Origin: an uncultured archaeon
GTDB taxonomy: Archaea > Asgardarchaeota > Thorarchaeia > Thorarchaeales > Thorarchaeaceae
Reading direction: 5' to 3'
Assembly (NCBI GenBank): GCA_964590575.1
Contig: CAZPWM010000015.1
Coordinates: 1 to 49,050 of the forward strand
Length of the DNA stretch: 49,050 bases
In this document: positions 37,401 to 46,287 of the stretch, piece after piece
Position numbering within the stretch: the stretch's first letter is position 1
Layout of the letters: each line of letters opens with the position of its first letter
Program-made: the position numbers and the translations under genes
The notes under the pieces: generated by a model
What the model was told of the DNA's origin: nothing
Databases searched by the model: none
Seen by the model: only the letters and a program-made list of their open reading frames with translations

Positions 37401-38830
37401 TAATTGAAACTGTTGAGATTTACCTCCCACCATCCACTACGGCTCAGCTCACTTGTTGGCACATGTAAGAGTCCTTGCGTGATGACACAGGAATCAGTGA
37501 TGTTGTTCATGAGCGGGTCCCAGACCGTCGCATTTTCCCAATCTCTAGGGTATAAAATGTCAAATGTTGAGTCGTAGTAACCGCTTGGTTGCGTTATGTA
37601 GGTGTAGAACGTTAGATCTGAACTCTTCCTTGATAATACTGAATACGCAACTCCACTCCTGCTCAGATCAGTAGTCCAAGATGAATTGATATTGCGTTGA
37701 AATAGTGAGGTGACTGAATAGGTAAAAATCACATTTGAACTCGCGGTGATCTGATATTCCAAAGGAGTTGTGATCCAAAGATTTGGATTAGTAATGATGG
37801 CTGTTCCTGTCCCTGTTCCCGTAATTGGAGTTGATAGAGACCCTGCATGAAAAATAAGTCCGACATCATCAAATCCAGGGGGAGTGGTACTTGTAAACTC
37901 AACATTGTCAATATACAGGGTTACATTTTGTGCATATGCTTCACCATCCGGCAGTCCAAGGGGGTCATCATCGTAGTCATTATTGATGTACACTTTGACA
38001 TCACCACCACCGATATACAGACCAACGTAAATTGAAAACGTGCTCAATCCTGGGCTAACTGTGAAGACATCACTAACAGAATACCATGTTTCTCTAGAAT
38101 CATAAGTCTGCAATGGATAATAGTACCCGTCAAGGCCCAACTGCCAAAAAACACCAACATCTCCAGCAAATGAGTCATCTCCGTCTGGATCAAGTGGACC
38201 TGATACATAGCGAAAGTCGAACTCTATTCTGAAGGATAATGACTCAGGTGTATTGGTAATTACCTGTTCCCATCCCGCCTCGGACAATCGACTATGAGTA
38301 TATGAGCCTCCATTTTTTGAATCGTAGTCTCCCATATTTTGGCATACAATATAACCTCCAGTGGAATTATACGAGTTGATCTGTGTATTAGAGCCACCAT
38401 CATGGGTATATGGAATCCATGGGTCTGTTCCATCATCAAACGTTCCGTTCACACCATATAGTCGTTGAAGATCTGTTACTTCAATTTCCGTATTGTTCAC
38501 AAACCAACCATTTGCATCGTCAATCGTGATATTTCCTACAGTGTTAGTTCCTGTATCAGTTCTTCCTCGTGTCATTTCCGTTGTCTGATACCCTGACTGC
38601 ATTATTGATACTGGATCAATGACACCCTCACGTGTCGTCTGTGATATGGTGAATCTTCCATCATTCACCTCGTTGATATTTTGCAGCATTGGACTCTCTG
38701 TTGTGTCATCAACAACCTCATTGACTGCATCTTCATAGTTTTCCAGAATTGATAATGGCATTAGTGTCAAAACCAGTGAAAATCCAATCAATGCAATTAT
38801 AGCATATTGTTTGGCATGCATTTCGGTCAC
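34448..38830 (-). CDS. 1460-aa single-pass surface protein: Ig-like repeat ectodomain, TM, cytoplasmic longin-like domain
   Basis: N-terminal signal/TM; repeated ~95-aa beta units (G..GA...GYY.I...G.Y.V.I.AS...Y); TM YIYLGIVALAIGLVY followed by RRSARK; LLGVIVLHKESGLPVYS..ISAFITAITSF. Confidence 0.8.
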   Translation of the reverse strand: MTEMHAKQYAIIALIGFSLVLTLMPLSILENYEDAVNEVVDDTTESPMLQNINEVNDGRFTISQTTREGVIDPVSIMQSGYQTTEMTRGRTDTGTNTVGNITIDDANGWFVNNTEIEVTDLQRLYGVNGTFDDGTDPWIPYTHDGGSNTQINSYNSTGGYIVCQNMGDYDSKNGGSYTHSRLSEAGWEQVITNTPESLSFRIEFDFRYVSGPLDPDGDDSFAGDVGVFWQLGLDGYYYPLQTYDSRETWYSVSDVFTVSPGLSTFSIYVGLYIGGGDVKVYINNDYDDDPLGLPDGEAYAQNVTLYIDNVEFTSTTPPGFDDVGLIFHAGSLSTPITGTGTGTAIITNPNLWITTPLEYQITASSNVIFTYSVTSLFQRNINSSWTTDLSRSGVAYSVLSRKSSDLTFYTYITQPSGYYDSTFDILYPRDWENATVWDPLMNNITDSCVITQGLLHVPTSELSRSGWWEVNLNSFNYAKNTSVQVFDQSISDWSENSLFRPGNDTRVQVEIGTSSVTPVGGNPVNITWFLPNDTPWTIDSISTMVSGSVTSSSWTLGSTNTTAGEWSIDVLWTNGTEIAYESVTFDLYHSASIVATYPLIETDYSLTISNLITFKDADTNEYLLDDSVAIEANWSSTVIPFTQNYAKNWWEADFDTSLIGGGQFVVVVTASRPYFNQVSTQFTVVSFYETNIEILNVASGLVEKGLNEIFTAQIDFEFLNGTGIPGALPFITYAGPGGGCSWQHFVDNNNGHYSVDIVCDISATYEVTIGLSKPYHYNTSDSFTLIIGKTGSDLDLLNGTSDVVLFGNNYTLVVEYRNSTGVGLSGADLQVVTVTPGTGLIHTNFSHVIDGYYEITLIPSSAGTYSVVISASILNHETQYATFTITATGIPTVLTSLPSSASIAVDKNFTVQLRFQDEGLNPIDFANLVVINPPSGLLISDVIPLGGGLYNFTLTPLGIGSFDFLFRASADNYQSSSAAFTLSATEIPTTLSFEGGVSSTLVEYQHPYHLTVYYYRSDTPVPVNVDGADITVLVQDPGLVIDITEYVGYYVITIRGEAIGSWSLTVSANKTDHHRATKQFLFTVEEVPVSIQVLQGLQGPEGFVSTLMVNITERDAGTPVIGATVFYDIRASDGTPYGDRVSMDESSPGIYVASLDMPPADGIFYIEISCEALYFGLEEPLIMQLQPGRDITTMLFLSVRQYSYIYLGIVALAIGLVYRRSARKNRIRQNKITHAIKRRFDDVRSLLGVIVLHKESGLPVYSKILREGLEETVISAFITAITSFRGEFDIESSSEEWGLIPISDIVRVISTNKLVCAFITTSNPSAEQRERMIQFAKTVGFIFDDTMENVPVVVLDHHTTIQFDSLFDDILDGALLRTYKLDDAKKFPTSTCADERIARKQGEEFKLEELASEISACGLEEGRVYQSIMRALENHYLVTTDKSPFATEIIRAPEPIEEEG

Positions 38831-39030
38831 CTCTCAAGTCTTAGGAAAGGAATCCAATTAGACTCCTAGCTCACAACTCCGTTATTACATACGGGGAGCC
38901 CACTCAGTTCATTATTCTCAGAATTTTAGGTTATTACTATTACTTGTTTGGCTTGCATCCGATTAATTGAAAGGATTGATGAACAAATCAAAAACTACTC
39001 GCTCCAAACACTGGATTATTTGAAACTCAA

Positions 39031-39657
39031 TTATTTACCAATCCTGGGAACCAACATAGGAACAATCTCTTGATACCTAAGATAATCTTCTCCGAACTCT
39101 CTTACTAGTTCTTTCTCCTCCTTCCAGCAGAGTATCCAATTGATTACAATTACCAATGGTGTTACAAGAAGTGAGAAGTAGGCTGAAAGTAGGAATGATG
39201 CACCGATGTGAGAAAGAATAGCTCCCAAATACTGCGGATGCCTCACCCTAGAATAGACTCCTGTTGATATCACTCTTTCAGCTCGATGGGTTTCTGCTAC
39301 CTTAAGTCCGATCTCAGTCACTCCCTTGATGCCTAGGTAGGCGCCAGGTAGAAGAACTATTAATGATAGAATGAGGTGAAAAATCGGAATTCTAAAGTAG
39401 AGAAGACCAATGGCAACACCAAAATAGATGTGCGAAATTCCCCCGAAATTGATTAAGAACCTCTCCTGGGGTGAAATCCAGAGCCCAAACAAAAATAAGA
39501 AGAAACCCCACCCCGAGATCATCCCAAGAGCCGCCCCAATTTTATACCCTCTCTCTTCCCCAAACCTGTTCTCCAACTTAGAATGCTCGACAGAAAGAAA
39601 GTGGATTGGTACTACACAGAGTAAGCCCATGATTGAGATTATGAACCAGAAACTCAT
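39031..39657 (-). CDS. Isoprenylcysteine carboxylmethyltransferase/PEMT-family membrane protein
   Basis: TGVYSRVRHPQYLG and EEKELVREFGEDY..Y..VP. Confidence 0.88.
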   Translation of the reverse strand: MSFWFIISIMGLLCVVPIHFLSVEHSKLENRFGEERGYKIGAALGMISGWGFFLFLFGLWISPQERFLINFGGISHIYFGVAIGLLYFRIPIFHLILSLIVLLPGAYLGIKGVTEIGLKVAETHRAERVISTGVYSRVRHPQYLGAILSHIGASFLLSAYFSLLVTPLVIVINWILCWKEEKELVREFGEDYLRYQEIVPMLVPRIGK

Positions 39658-39760
39658 CGATTGTTCACTTTAATTTAATTTTATCAATCTTTATGCTATT
39701 TAGAAACAATCATAACTTGTATACTACTCCTCTTACGGCACAATCTTTAGGGGTGACTAA

Positions 39761-40126
39761 ATGTCAAACGAAGAGATGTTAGAAGAACTTAGAGAAATTC
39801 GGAAACTACTGACTCCACCGCCTGCACCAGCTCCACCAAAAGGAATGGTAAATGAGTTTGTTGATTTTATCTCCCAATACAAGGTACTTGGACTCGCAGT
39901 TGCATTTATCCTGGGTATCTACATTGGAGCGATCATAAAAGCACTTGTGAACAGTTTCATCATGCCACTAATCCAGTTTGCGCTTCCTGGCATTGGTGGA
40001 GGGACTGAGGGAACTGTCTATGTTCTCGCTGCTGGACCTATTATAGATAGTCTGATTACTTTCATAGTTGTTGCACTTGTTGTCTTCTTAATCGTGAAGA
40101 TAGCAACACGAATGGGAATCAAGTAA
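39761..40126 (+). CDS. mscL: MscL-family mechanosensitive channel
   Basis: EFVDFI..KVLGLAVAFILG..LVNSFIMPLI..G.IIDSLITFIVVA. Confidence 0.82.
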   Translation: MSNEEMLEELREIRKLLTPPPAPAPPKGMVNEFVDFISQYKVLGLAVAFILGIYIGAIIKALVNSFIMPLIQFALPGIGGGTEGTVYVLAAGPIIDSLITFIVVALVVFLIVKIATRMGIK

Positions 40127-40149
40127 AATACACACTAGAGTATAGACTA

Positions 40150-40177
40150 CGGGGGAGACTAACGCTCCCCGCGTTTT
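40150..40177. terminator. Hairpin between convergent genes
   Basis: GGGGAG/CTCCCC stem followed by GCGTTTT. Confidence 0.55.
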
Positions 40178-40198
40178 CCTATATATTATACTATCAAA

Positions 40199-40411
40199 CT
40201 ACCTTACTGCGCCTATAATTAGGAGCAGAACTCCTAAGCCTATGAGTATAAGCATAAGCTCAGAAAACATGTACCCTGCTAATTCAAGTGTATAGAGGTT
40301 AAGCATGTAGAAGTAGCTAACATATGTTCCAAGTCCGATCATTGGCATAAACAGTGGGAGTATACCGACTATGATCAGAATGAGTCCGAATAATACTAAT
40401 CCTTTTCCCAT
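40199..40411 (-). CDS. Small 2-TM protein, paralog 1
   Basis: MGKGLVLFGL..GILPL..FSELMLIL..LLIIGAVR. Confidence 0.75.
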   Translation of the reverse strand: MGKGLVLFGLILIIVGILPLFMPMIGLGTYVSYFYMLNLYTLELAGYMFSELMLILIGLGVLLLIIGAVR

Positions 40412-40686
40412 TCGTGTCAACTCCAGATGGTACATTCTTCCATAGACAAATCAGTATTTGTGCGTTATGTATTGTATAGATGAAACACTCTAAGAACTAC
40501 GAGAAATTATAAAACTTCTAACACTTGTTCCAAAAACTCTACTACCCAAGATTCGGTCAATGAGTATGTGGTTTTTATACTTGTGAAAATATCTGCAAGA
40601 TTGGGAATCGACTAATCAAACCAAAAAAAAATGATAAGGGAGAAAAAAATCTCCCAATGTTTTCCTTTTGATGCCTAATGCATGGG

Positions 40687-40902
40687 TTACCTAAAAGCTC
40701 CAATTACGAGAAGTAAGAACCCTACTATCAATAAAATGAGCATGAGTTCAGAAAAATTGTATCCTAATATTTCTAGTGAATATATTCCCAGATAGAAGGA
40801 TGCGCCAAGTGTAGATCCAAGCATTGGTAAAATCAGAGGTAGGACACCTAATATCATCATTAGGAGCCCGAGTAAAGCTAAAGCCTTTCCCATTCTTTTC
40901 AT
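40687..40902 (-). CDS. Small 2-TM protein, paralog 2
   Basis: MGKALALLGL..GVLPL..FSELMLIL..LLVIGAFR; GGAG SD; own hairpin plus T tract near 40623-40655. Confidence 0.75.
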   Translation of the reverse strand: MKRMGKALALLGLLMMILGVLPLILPMLGSTLGASFYLGIYSLEILGYNFSELMLILLIVGFLLLVIGAFR

Positions 40903-41101
40903 CTCCGGATATTATAATATCTCATGAACAAATCAGTATTTGAGCGTTCCGTCATGTAGTTAAAATATAACGCATACTAACCGGAGCAATTTTCTCCTTC
41001 CGATATGCATAGCTCTCAAGGAGAGGTTATGTCAACGGAATGGATATTTCATAATCAATCAAAAAGGAACATTTCAGTAACTGAATCTTGAGGAGGTCAT
41101 G

Positions 41102-42331
41102 TTACTTTCCACCTGAAATCGGTAGTAGTGACATATTGACAAATTCCTCAAGGTCCCGACGCATGCACTCAACCGTTTCCTGAACGCTCATACTATTTTT
41201 TAAGTACAGATTTGTAACGATCTTCTTTTGTTCACCGTCATCATCTATCTCCCATCTACCTACAACCTGTCCATTCAACCAAATAGTTGGTCTGACCTCT
41301 CCAGTCGCTCGTGTTCCTATACTCGGCATTGTTTGTGATGCATCTGGATTTGATAGCCAGAAGTGTTTTCGATCAGCTGGGAATAACATAGGTTGGATTG
41401 ACTCCTCAATGAAATTAGTTCGGTCTATGAACGCCTTGAGAAAATGGTCCTCATATGGAAGAAACCAAACCAAGTCATCTTTTGGTTTCTCAGATGCTGA
41501 GGCTAATTCAAAATCAGATTTCAGCATGTACTTCTCTTTCTTTCCATGATTGATTATGACTATTTCCTCACCAAGACTGGAAATAGAATCCTTAACGGCG
41601 GTCTTGGTCTGTCGCAACCACCACGCAACATCATCAACCGAAACAGGTCCGAATCGTTCGATATGATGATGAATTAGATTGGTTATAGCTTTTTGTTCAT
41701 CAATTATCTTCAATTTGAATCCATCAACCCATTGATCTAGCAATGCATATGATGTTAGATTACTCCTTGCATGATTTGCTTTAGCGCGAACCACTTCTCC
41801 ACGGGCCATCAGCATCACTAACGCTGAACGCAGATAATCTACCATGTCTGGAACAACTCTCTTGAGGTCGCTAGAACGCAATGGACCGCCCCTTAACGCA
41901 TCTTTGACACTAGAAAGCATAGTTTCGATTTCATGATCAGCGAGTATGTCGGTCTTTCTGTACTTGTCAGTTCGAGATGTCTTGAATAGAGATGGTCCCG
42001 TAGCACTGATTATCATCGATAGATTATCAATATGCATCACGTGAATCGTCGCTCTAAACGCATGAGTTCTGACTAATTCTCTACCATTGTTTATCGACTC
42101 AAACATATCCTTGGCGTCAAAGTCCCCTATTCTTGCCCATGTTGAAAAATAAGGAGTCCAGTAATCTGTCGAATGCAGACCTAGTTGGTATTTTGCAACA
42201 TCGAAGTACGTTGATACCTTCTCATCTAGAAGAAATTGTTTTCTGAGTTGATTCCAATGTATCTGCTCAGAAGTAGGTTTACTCAAGTGTATACCCCTTA
42301 CAGGATTTGAAGGAGTACTCCTTTTTATCAT
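41102..42331 (-). CDS. AlkZ/YcaQ-like (HTH_42) DNA glycosylase family protein
   Basis: GLHSTDY, WARI, RATIH, RFGPVS..D.AWW, FLPYED and GQVVGRW. Confidence 0.82.
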   Translation of the reverse strand: MIKRSTPSNPVRGIHLSKPTSEQIHWNQLRKQFLLDEKVSTYFDVAKYQLGLHSTDYWTPYFSTWARIGDFDAKDMFESINNGRELVRTHAFRATIHVMHIDNLSMIISATGPSLFKTSRTDKYRKTDILADHEIETMLSSVKDALRGGPLRSSDLKRVVPDMVDYLRSALVMLMARGEVVRAKANHARSNLTSYALLDQWVDGFKLKIIDEQKAITNLIHHHIERFGPVSVDDVAWWLRQTKTAVKDSISSLGEEIVIINHGKKEKYMLKSDFELASASEKPKDDLVWFLPYEDHFLKAFIDRTNFIEESIQPMLFPADRKHFWLSNPDASQTMPSIGTRATGEVRPTIWLNGQVVGRWEIDDDGEQKKIVTNLYLKNSMSVQETVECMRRDLEEFVNMSLLPISGGK

Positions 42332-42338
42332 CTACTCT

Positions 42339-42800
42339 TCAAGGGTCTTCAAAACCTGCAATAGTGATTCCTGGATCCGAGGGATATCCTTGAACCTCAA
42401 TGATTCTTGCGCCAAATCCGCCGATAATTCCACTGAAGAACCAGATTTGGTAGAGCAATTCAGTCACACCGAGAGTAGTAGGATTCCATCCTACAATGAG
42501 GGCTAGATTTGGCCAGAGAAGTGAATCTGCAATCAATGTGAGGGTAAAGAAGATTAAACCTGCGGCCATTCCTTTTACAAGAGCACAAATTTGGAATCGA
42601 ACACTGCATCCACCTCCTACCAAGCTCTTGTATGTAACTGGAGCGATGGTCAAAGGGACGCCAATTGCCATAGCCCACCAATAATACATAGGATCGAAAA
42701 TGTTACCGAGAGTAATTCCCACGATAAGCATCACAGAATAGACTACAATCCATATTGCAGGAACCCATAACCAGCTTTTCAGTTCTGTTACTAGACTCAC
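42339..42800 (-). CDS. Hypothetical 4-TM membrane protein
   Basis: Four hydrophobic segments; GGGCSVRFQICA. Confidence 0.7.
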   Translation of the reverse strand: MSLVTELKSWLWVPAIWIVVYSVMLIVGITLGNIFDPMYYWWAMAIGVPLTIAPVTYKSLVGGGCSVRFQICALVKGMAAGLIFFTLTLIADSLLWPNLALIVGWNPTTLGVTELLYQIWFFSGIIGGFGARIIEVQGYPSDPGITIAGFEDP

Positions 42801-42965
42801 TCTATCTCACTAGCAGTAGCGAGTTCCTGAGATTTAATTACCCTTGGGTATGTCCTTATAGTCATCTCCGCCTCGCCTGATAGGTTTCGAATAGAACTCA
42901 TCTCTTGCTAAATAATGGATTAGGCCTATGAGAGTTCAAACCTCCCAGCACAATCTGATTTTTTC

Positions 42966-43982
42966 TTATCTCATTTTGTCAGTGTAGTAAATGTTTGGTC
43001 CATAAGTCGGAGGCCATTGAGGAGCATTATTCAGAACCTTCTCGATCTGTTCAAGAGTGTCCTTTGAGAGATTCACCTCTGAGGCTCCGACATTTTCAAT
43101 CACATGTTCAGGTTTTGTGGCACCCACCAGAGCTGCCGATATCTCTGGACGCCTAAGGACCCATGCCAAGGCAAGCTGTCCCGTAGTGATGTCTAGGGTG
43201 GAGGCGATCTCACCAAGTTTTCTCACCTTCGCTAGATTCTCATCTGTTAGTTGAGGTTTCATAAATTGGGATGTTTCTCCACGACTACCTTTTGGTATTC
43301 CATCATTGTATTTACCTGTGAGGAGACCCCCTGCCATTGGACTCCAGACCGTGAAACCCATTCCGTGAGTCTTTGCGACTGGTATTATCTCCAATTCAAT
43401 ATACCGCGAGAACATATTGTACAGTGGTTGCTCTACTATTGGTTTGTAAGCACCCAGCTCCTTGGCTACTGCGTTAGCACGTTCAAGTTGTGCCGCAGTC
43501 CACACAGAGGTTCCCCAGTGCCGCACCTTTCCAGCTCTGATGAGGTCATCCATGATCATAACGGTCTCTTTGACTGGGGTTGTGTAATCGTATCTATGCA
43601 GGAAATAGATGTCAATGTAGTCCAGATTCAGACGCTCTAAGGTGCCTTCAATGGCATTCAGGATGTTCTTTCTGCTATTTCCCCAATCATTGATGTCATC
43701 ACTTGTAGGCCAGAACACCTTACTCGAGATCACCAGATTTCTTCTGCTGACGTTCTCATCCCTGAGGAACTGAGCAATGACTTCCTCCGCCTTTCCACCT
43801 GCGTAGATCTCTGCAGAGTCAATGAAGTTGATTCCATTGTCAAGCGCTGTAGCCATGCACTTCTTAGCCACCTCATTTTCCACTGTTCCACCATATGTCA
43901 ACCAAGAACCAAGTGAAATCTCACTAATTTTCAGTCCACTCTTTCCAACCTTTCTATATCTCAAAAAATCATCTCCAGGCAA
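42966..43982 (-). CDS. Aldo/keto reductase (Kv-beta-like subgroup)
   Basis: GKSGLKISEISLGSWLT, DSAEIY, SSKVFW, GTSVW and WSPMAGGLLTGKY. Confidence 0.93.
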   Translation of the reverse strand: MPGDDFLRYRKVGKSGLKISEISLGSWLTYGGTVENEVAKKCMATALDNGINFIDSAEIYAGGKAEEVIAQFLRDENVSRRNLVISSKVFWPTSDDINDWGNSRKNILNAIEGTLERLNLDYIDIYFLHRYDYTTPVKETVMIMDDLIRAGKVRHWGTSVWTAAQLERANAVAKELGAYKPIVEQPLYNMFSRYIELEIIPVAKTHGMGFTVWSPMAGGLLTGKYNDGIPKGSRGETSQFMKPQLTDENLAKVRKLGEIASTLDITTGQLALAWVLRRPEISAALVGATKPEHVIENVGASEVNLSKDTLEQIEKVLNNAPQWPPTYGPNIYYTDKMR

Positions 43983-44077
43983 TTATCACTTGATGTATTT
44001 TAACAATTGTTAATGCTATTATATGTTTAGTTTTGCCTTTGAGCTCTCTGATACACTCATAATACATTCAAAGACCT

Positions 44078-44118
44078 TTTATATCATATATGATATAAAC
44101 TATATCACATGTGATATA
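44078..44118. promoter_or_regulatory. Two tandem perfect palindromes TATATCA-N4-TGATATA
   Basis: TTTATATCATATATGATATAAA (44078-44099) and TATATCACATGTGATATA (44101-44118). Confidence 0.75.
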
Positions 44119-44161
44119 TCAATAATGATAGATTGCGAATAAGATAAAGGCTAGTTCGACC

Positions 44162-44926
44162 ATGAGCAGAATCATGTTTAGTCCCTTCCGTAGGATAGTA
44201 GATACCTTTCGCGAGAAAGGAGCAACTACTCCAGAGAAGGCATTAACATGGAAAGAGCTCGGTCTTCCTGAAGAACTGGAACTCATGAAACCCCCAATCC
44301 AACCGGACAAATCCCCCATTGTGCAGAAAGGTAAGAAGTACTATCTTTCTGAAGAACGTCTCGAAGCCTTCAGGAAAGAGTTTGGTCAAGCTATCGATCC
44401 TCTAAGGAAATGGATTCAGCACACAGCCAAGGTGCCTAAGGGATTCCTCAGGTACCAAGTCCTCCATAAACTCAAAGAACATCCCATGTCTGGTGCAGAG
44501 CTGACCGCAGCAATCTCAGAAGAGATGGGCGGTCGTTGGAAACCGAAACCCGGTTCTATGTACCCTCTGCTGAAGTTTCTACTTCGGGATGGGCTCACTC
44601 GAGAGCTATCCAACGATGACGGACGAACTCGAAGATATGAGTTGACAGAGAGGGGGCAGAAGTTTCTTGAGGACCAAGTGGAGCAGAGTGGTGAACTTCG
44701 TGAGAAGATCGACTTGGGGTTCACTCCTTTTCCCCCGCCATTCCTCCCCATGCTAGGGCACCACGAGGAGATCCCACCATCACTTCGGAATCTCTTCAAG
44801 ACACTCCTAACTATCCCTGTTGTGATTGGAAGTAATCCTTCTCCAGAGGTTCTCGAGGAGCTTGCTCAAGCAGCTGACCGGTTCACTAAAGAAATCGAAA
44901 AAATCCGTAATAAGCTCGAACACTAA
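44162..44926 (+). CDS. PadR-family transcriptional regulator with extra N-terminal domain
   Basis: PKGFLRYQVL..PMSGAEL..WKPKPGSMYPLL..RRYELTERG. Confidence 0.88.
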   Translation: MSRIMFSPFRRIVDTFREKGATTPEKALTWKELGLPEELELMKPPIQPDKSPIVQKGKKYYLSEERLEAFRKEFGQAIDPLRKWIQHTAKVPKGFLRYQVLHKLKEHPMSGAELTAAISEEMGGRWKPKPGSMYPLLKFLLRDGLTRELSNDDGRTRRYELTERGQKFLEDQVEQSGELREKIDLGFTPFPPPFLPMLGHHEEIPPSLRNLFKTLLTIPVVIGSNPSPEVLEELAQAADRFTKEIEKIRNKLEH

Positions 44927-45005
44927 AGTTGGTCAACTAGCCTTTGTCACCTTTATTATGCGCAGGTGAAAACTGATATACTACAAGTAGGGCTTTCTTT
45001 GTTCG

Positions 45006-45734
45006 GTGCTGGATGCATTGAAAGACTCTGTTGACCGGCTACAGGTCATTCGTTCTGGAACCACAATGCGTGATCCAGAGGTGTGGACTAGAGGATTCAA
45101 GGGTCCTGAAATAAGGGATTTGGAACGCAGTATTGGAGTATTGAATCTGGCAACAGTGACTCTGGTAGAAACTGATGGTCAACTCATTCTTATCGATACA
45201 AGTTGGGAGGGCGCTCCTGATACAGAACCTTGGCCTCCTGAGCAGAATCGGTTGGTCCTGGAACTGCAATATTTTGGTGTTCAGCCTGAGGACATTGACG
45301 AGATTTTCGTTACTCATTGGCATGGCGACCACTGGGAGAATATCTACCTCTTTCCGCAGGCTCGCGTCTTCTATGCTGGTTGCTTACCAAGCTTTGTCAA
45401 GAAAAATCTCGACCTGATTTCAGCCGATAATGAAATCCTTAAACTAAAGCAGGGTGATGACTGGCACTCTGGACTTGAAATAATATCAACCAATGGACAT
45501 TCTGACCATGACCACTCCATCGCTATTCGCTACGAGAGAAAGGAGTTCGTTGCAGCTGGTGATGCTATAGTGTCCAAGATGTACTATCACACTGAAACAT
45601 TCTTTCCCAACGACAGAGTGACCAAGTTTCAGAACGACCTCAGAGTTTCATTCAGAAAGATTGTTGGACGGGCTGATTTTATCATCCCCGGTCATGATGG
45701 ACCATTCCTCAACTACAAGAAAGGAAAGCTGTAG
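45006..45734 (+). CDS. MBL-fold metallo-hydrolase
   Basis: ILIDT, THWHGDH, GHS, AGDA and IPGHD. Confidence 0.88.
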   Translation: MLDALKDSVDRLQVIRSGTTMRDPEVWTRGFKGPEIRDLERSIGVLNLATVTLVETDGQLILIDTSWEGAPDTEPWPPEQNRLVLELQYFGVQPEDIDEIFVTHWHGDHWENIYLFPQARVFYAGCLPSFVKKNLDLISADNEILKLKQGDDWHSGLEIISTNGHSDHDHSIAIRYERKEFVAAGDAIVSKMYYHTETFFPNDRVTKFQNDLRVSFRKIVGRADFIIPGHDGPFLNYKKGKL

Positions 45735-45861
45735 ACCAGTAATATGCGTCCTTAGATTGTTTTACCCCGTTAAGGAATGTAAGCCATCTCAGTTTAAATT
45801 AAGACTTTTAAGGAAGTCAATTTTAAATTCTGGATATTCCATTGAGAATGAGGCATGAGTC

Positions 45862-46206
45862 ATGTCAAAGCAAGAAATCAAATTAGGAAAGGATACAGAA
45901 AGCAAAAGTCTTAGAGATGAACTATTAGGACGCTTTGAACGTGATGAATTTGGTTTAAAGAACCGCGAAATCTCTGTTATGACGAGATTGAGTACTGATA
46001 TCGTTGAAATTCTTGATGCATTAGTTGAATTAGAGATCTTCAAGAGTCGTTCTGAAGTTGTAGCATCATTTGTTGAGAAATCAATAATGGAAAAGAAGGA
46101 CTTCTTTGAATCCATCCAAAAACAAGCAAGTGATATCCATAAGAAGCGTGAAGCAGCAAAGCACCTTGCGTTCAAAGCGATTAAGGCAGACACCAACTCT
46201 GATTGA
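45862..46206 (+). CDS. Ribbon-helix-helix transcriptional regulator (paralog 2)
   Basis: REISVMTRLSTDIVEILDALVELEIFKSRSEVVASFVE, near-identical to the core of 19388..19720. Confidence 0.8.
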   Translation: MSKQEIKLGKDTESKSLRDELLGRFERDEFGLKNREISVMTRLSTDIVEILDALVELEIFKSRSEVVASFVEKSIMEKKDFFESIQKQASDIHKKREAAKHLAFKAIKADTNSD

Positions 46207-46287
46207 TCAGAGGATATCAGTGTAATAATGAAATCATTTTAGTGATTTAGCAGAACCCAGATATGGTAGTTATATTGAACTATCACC

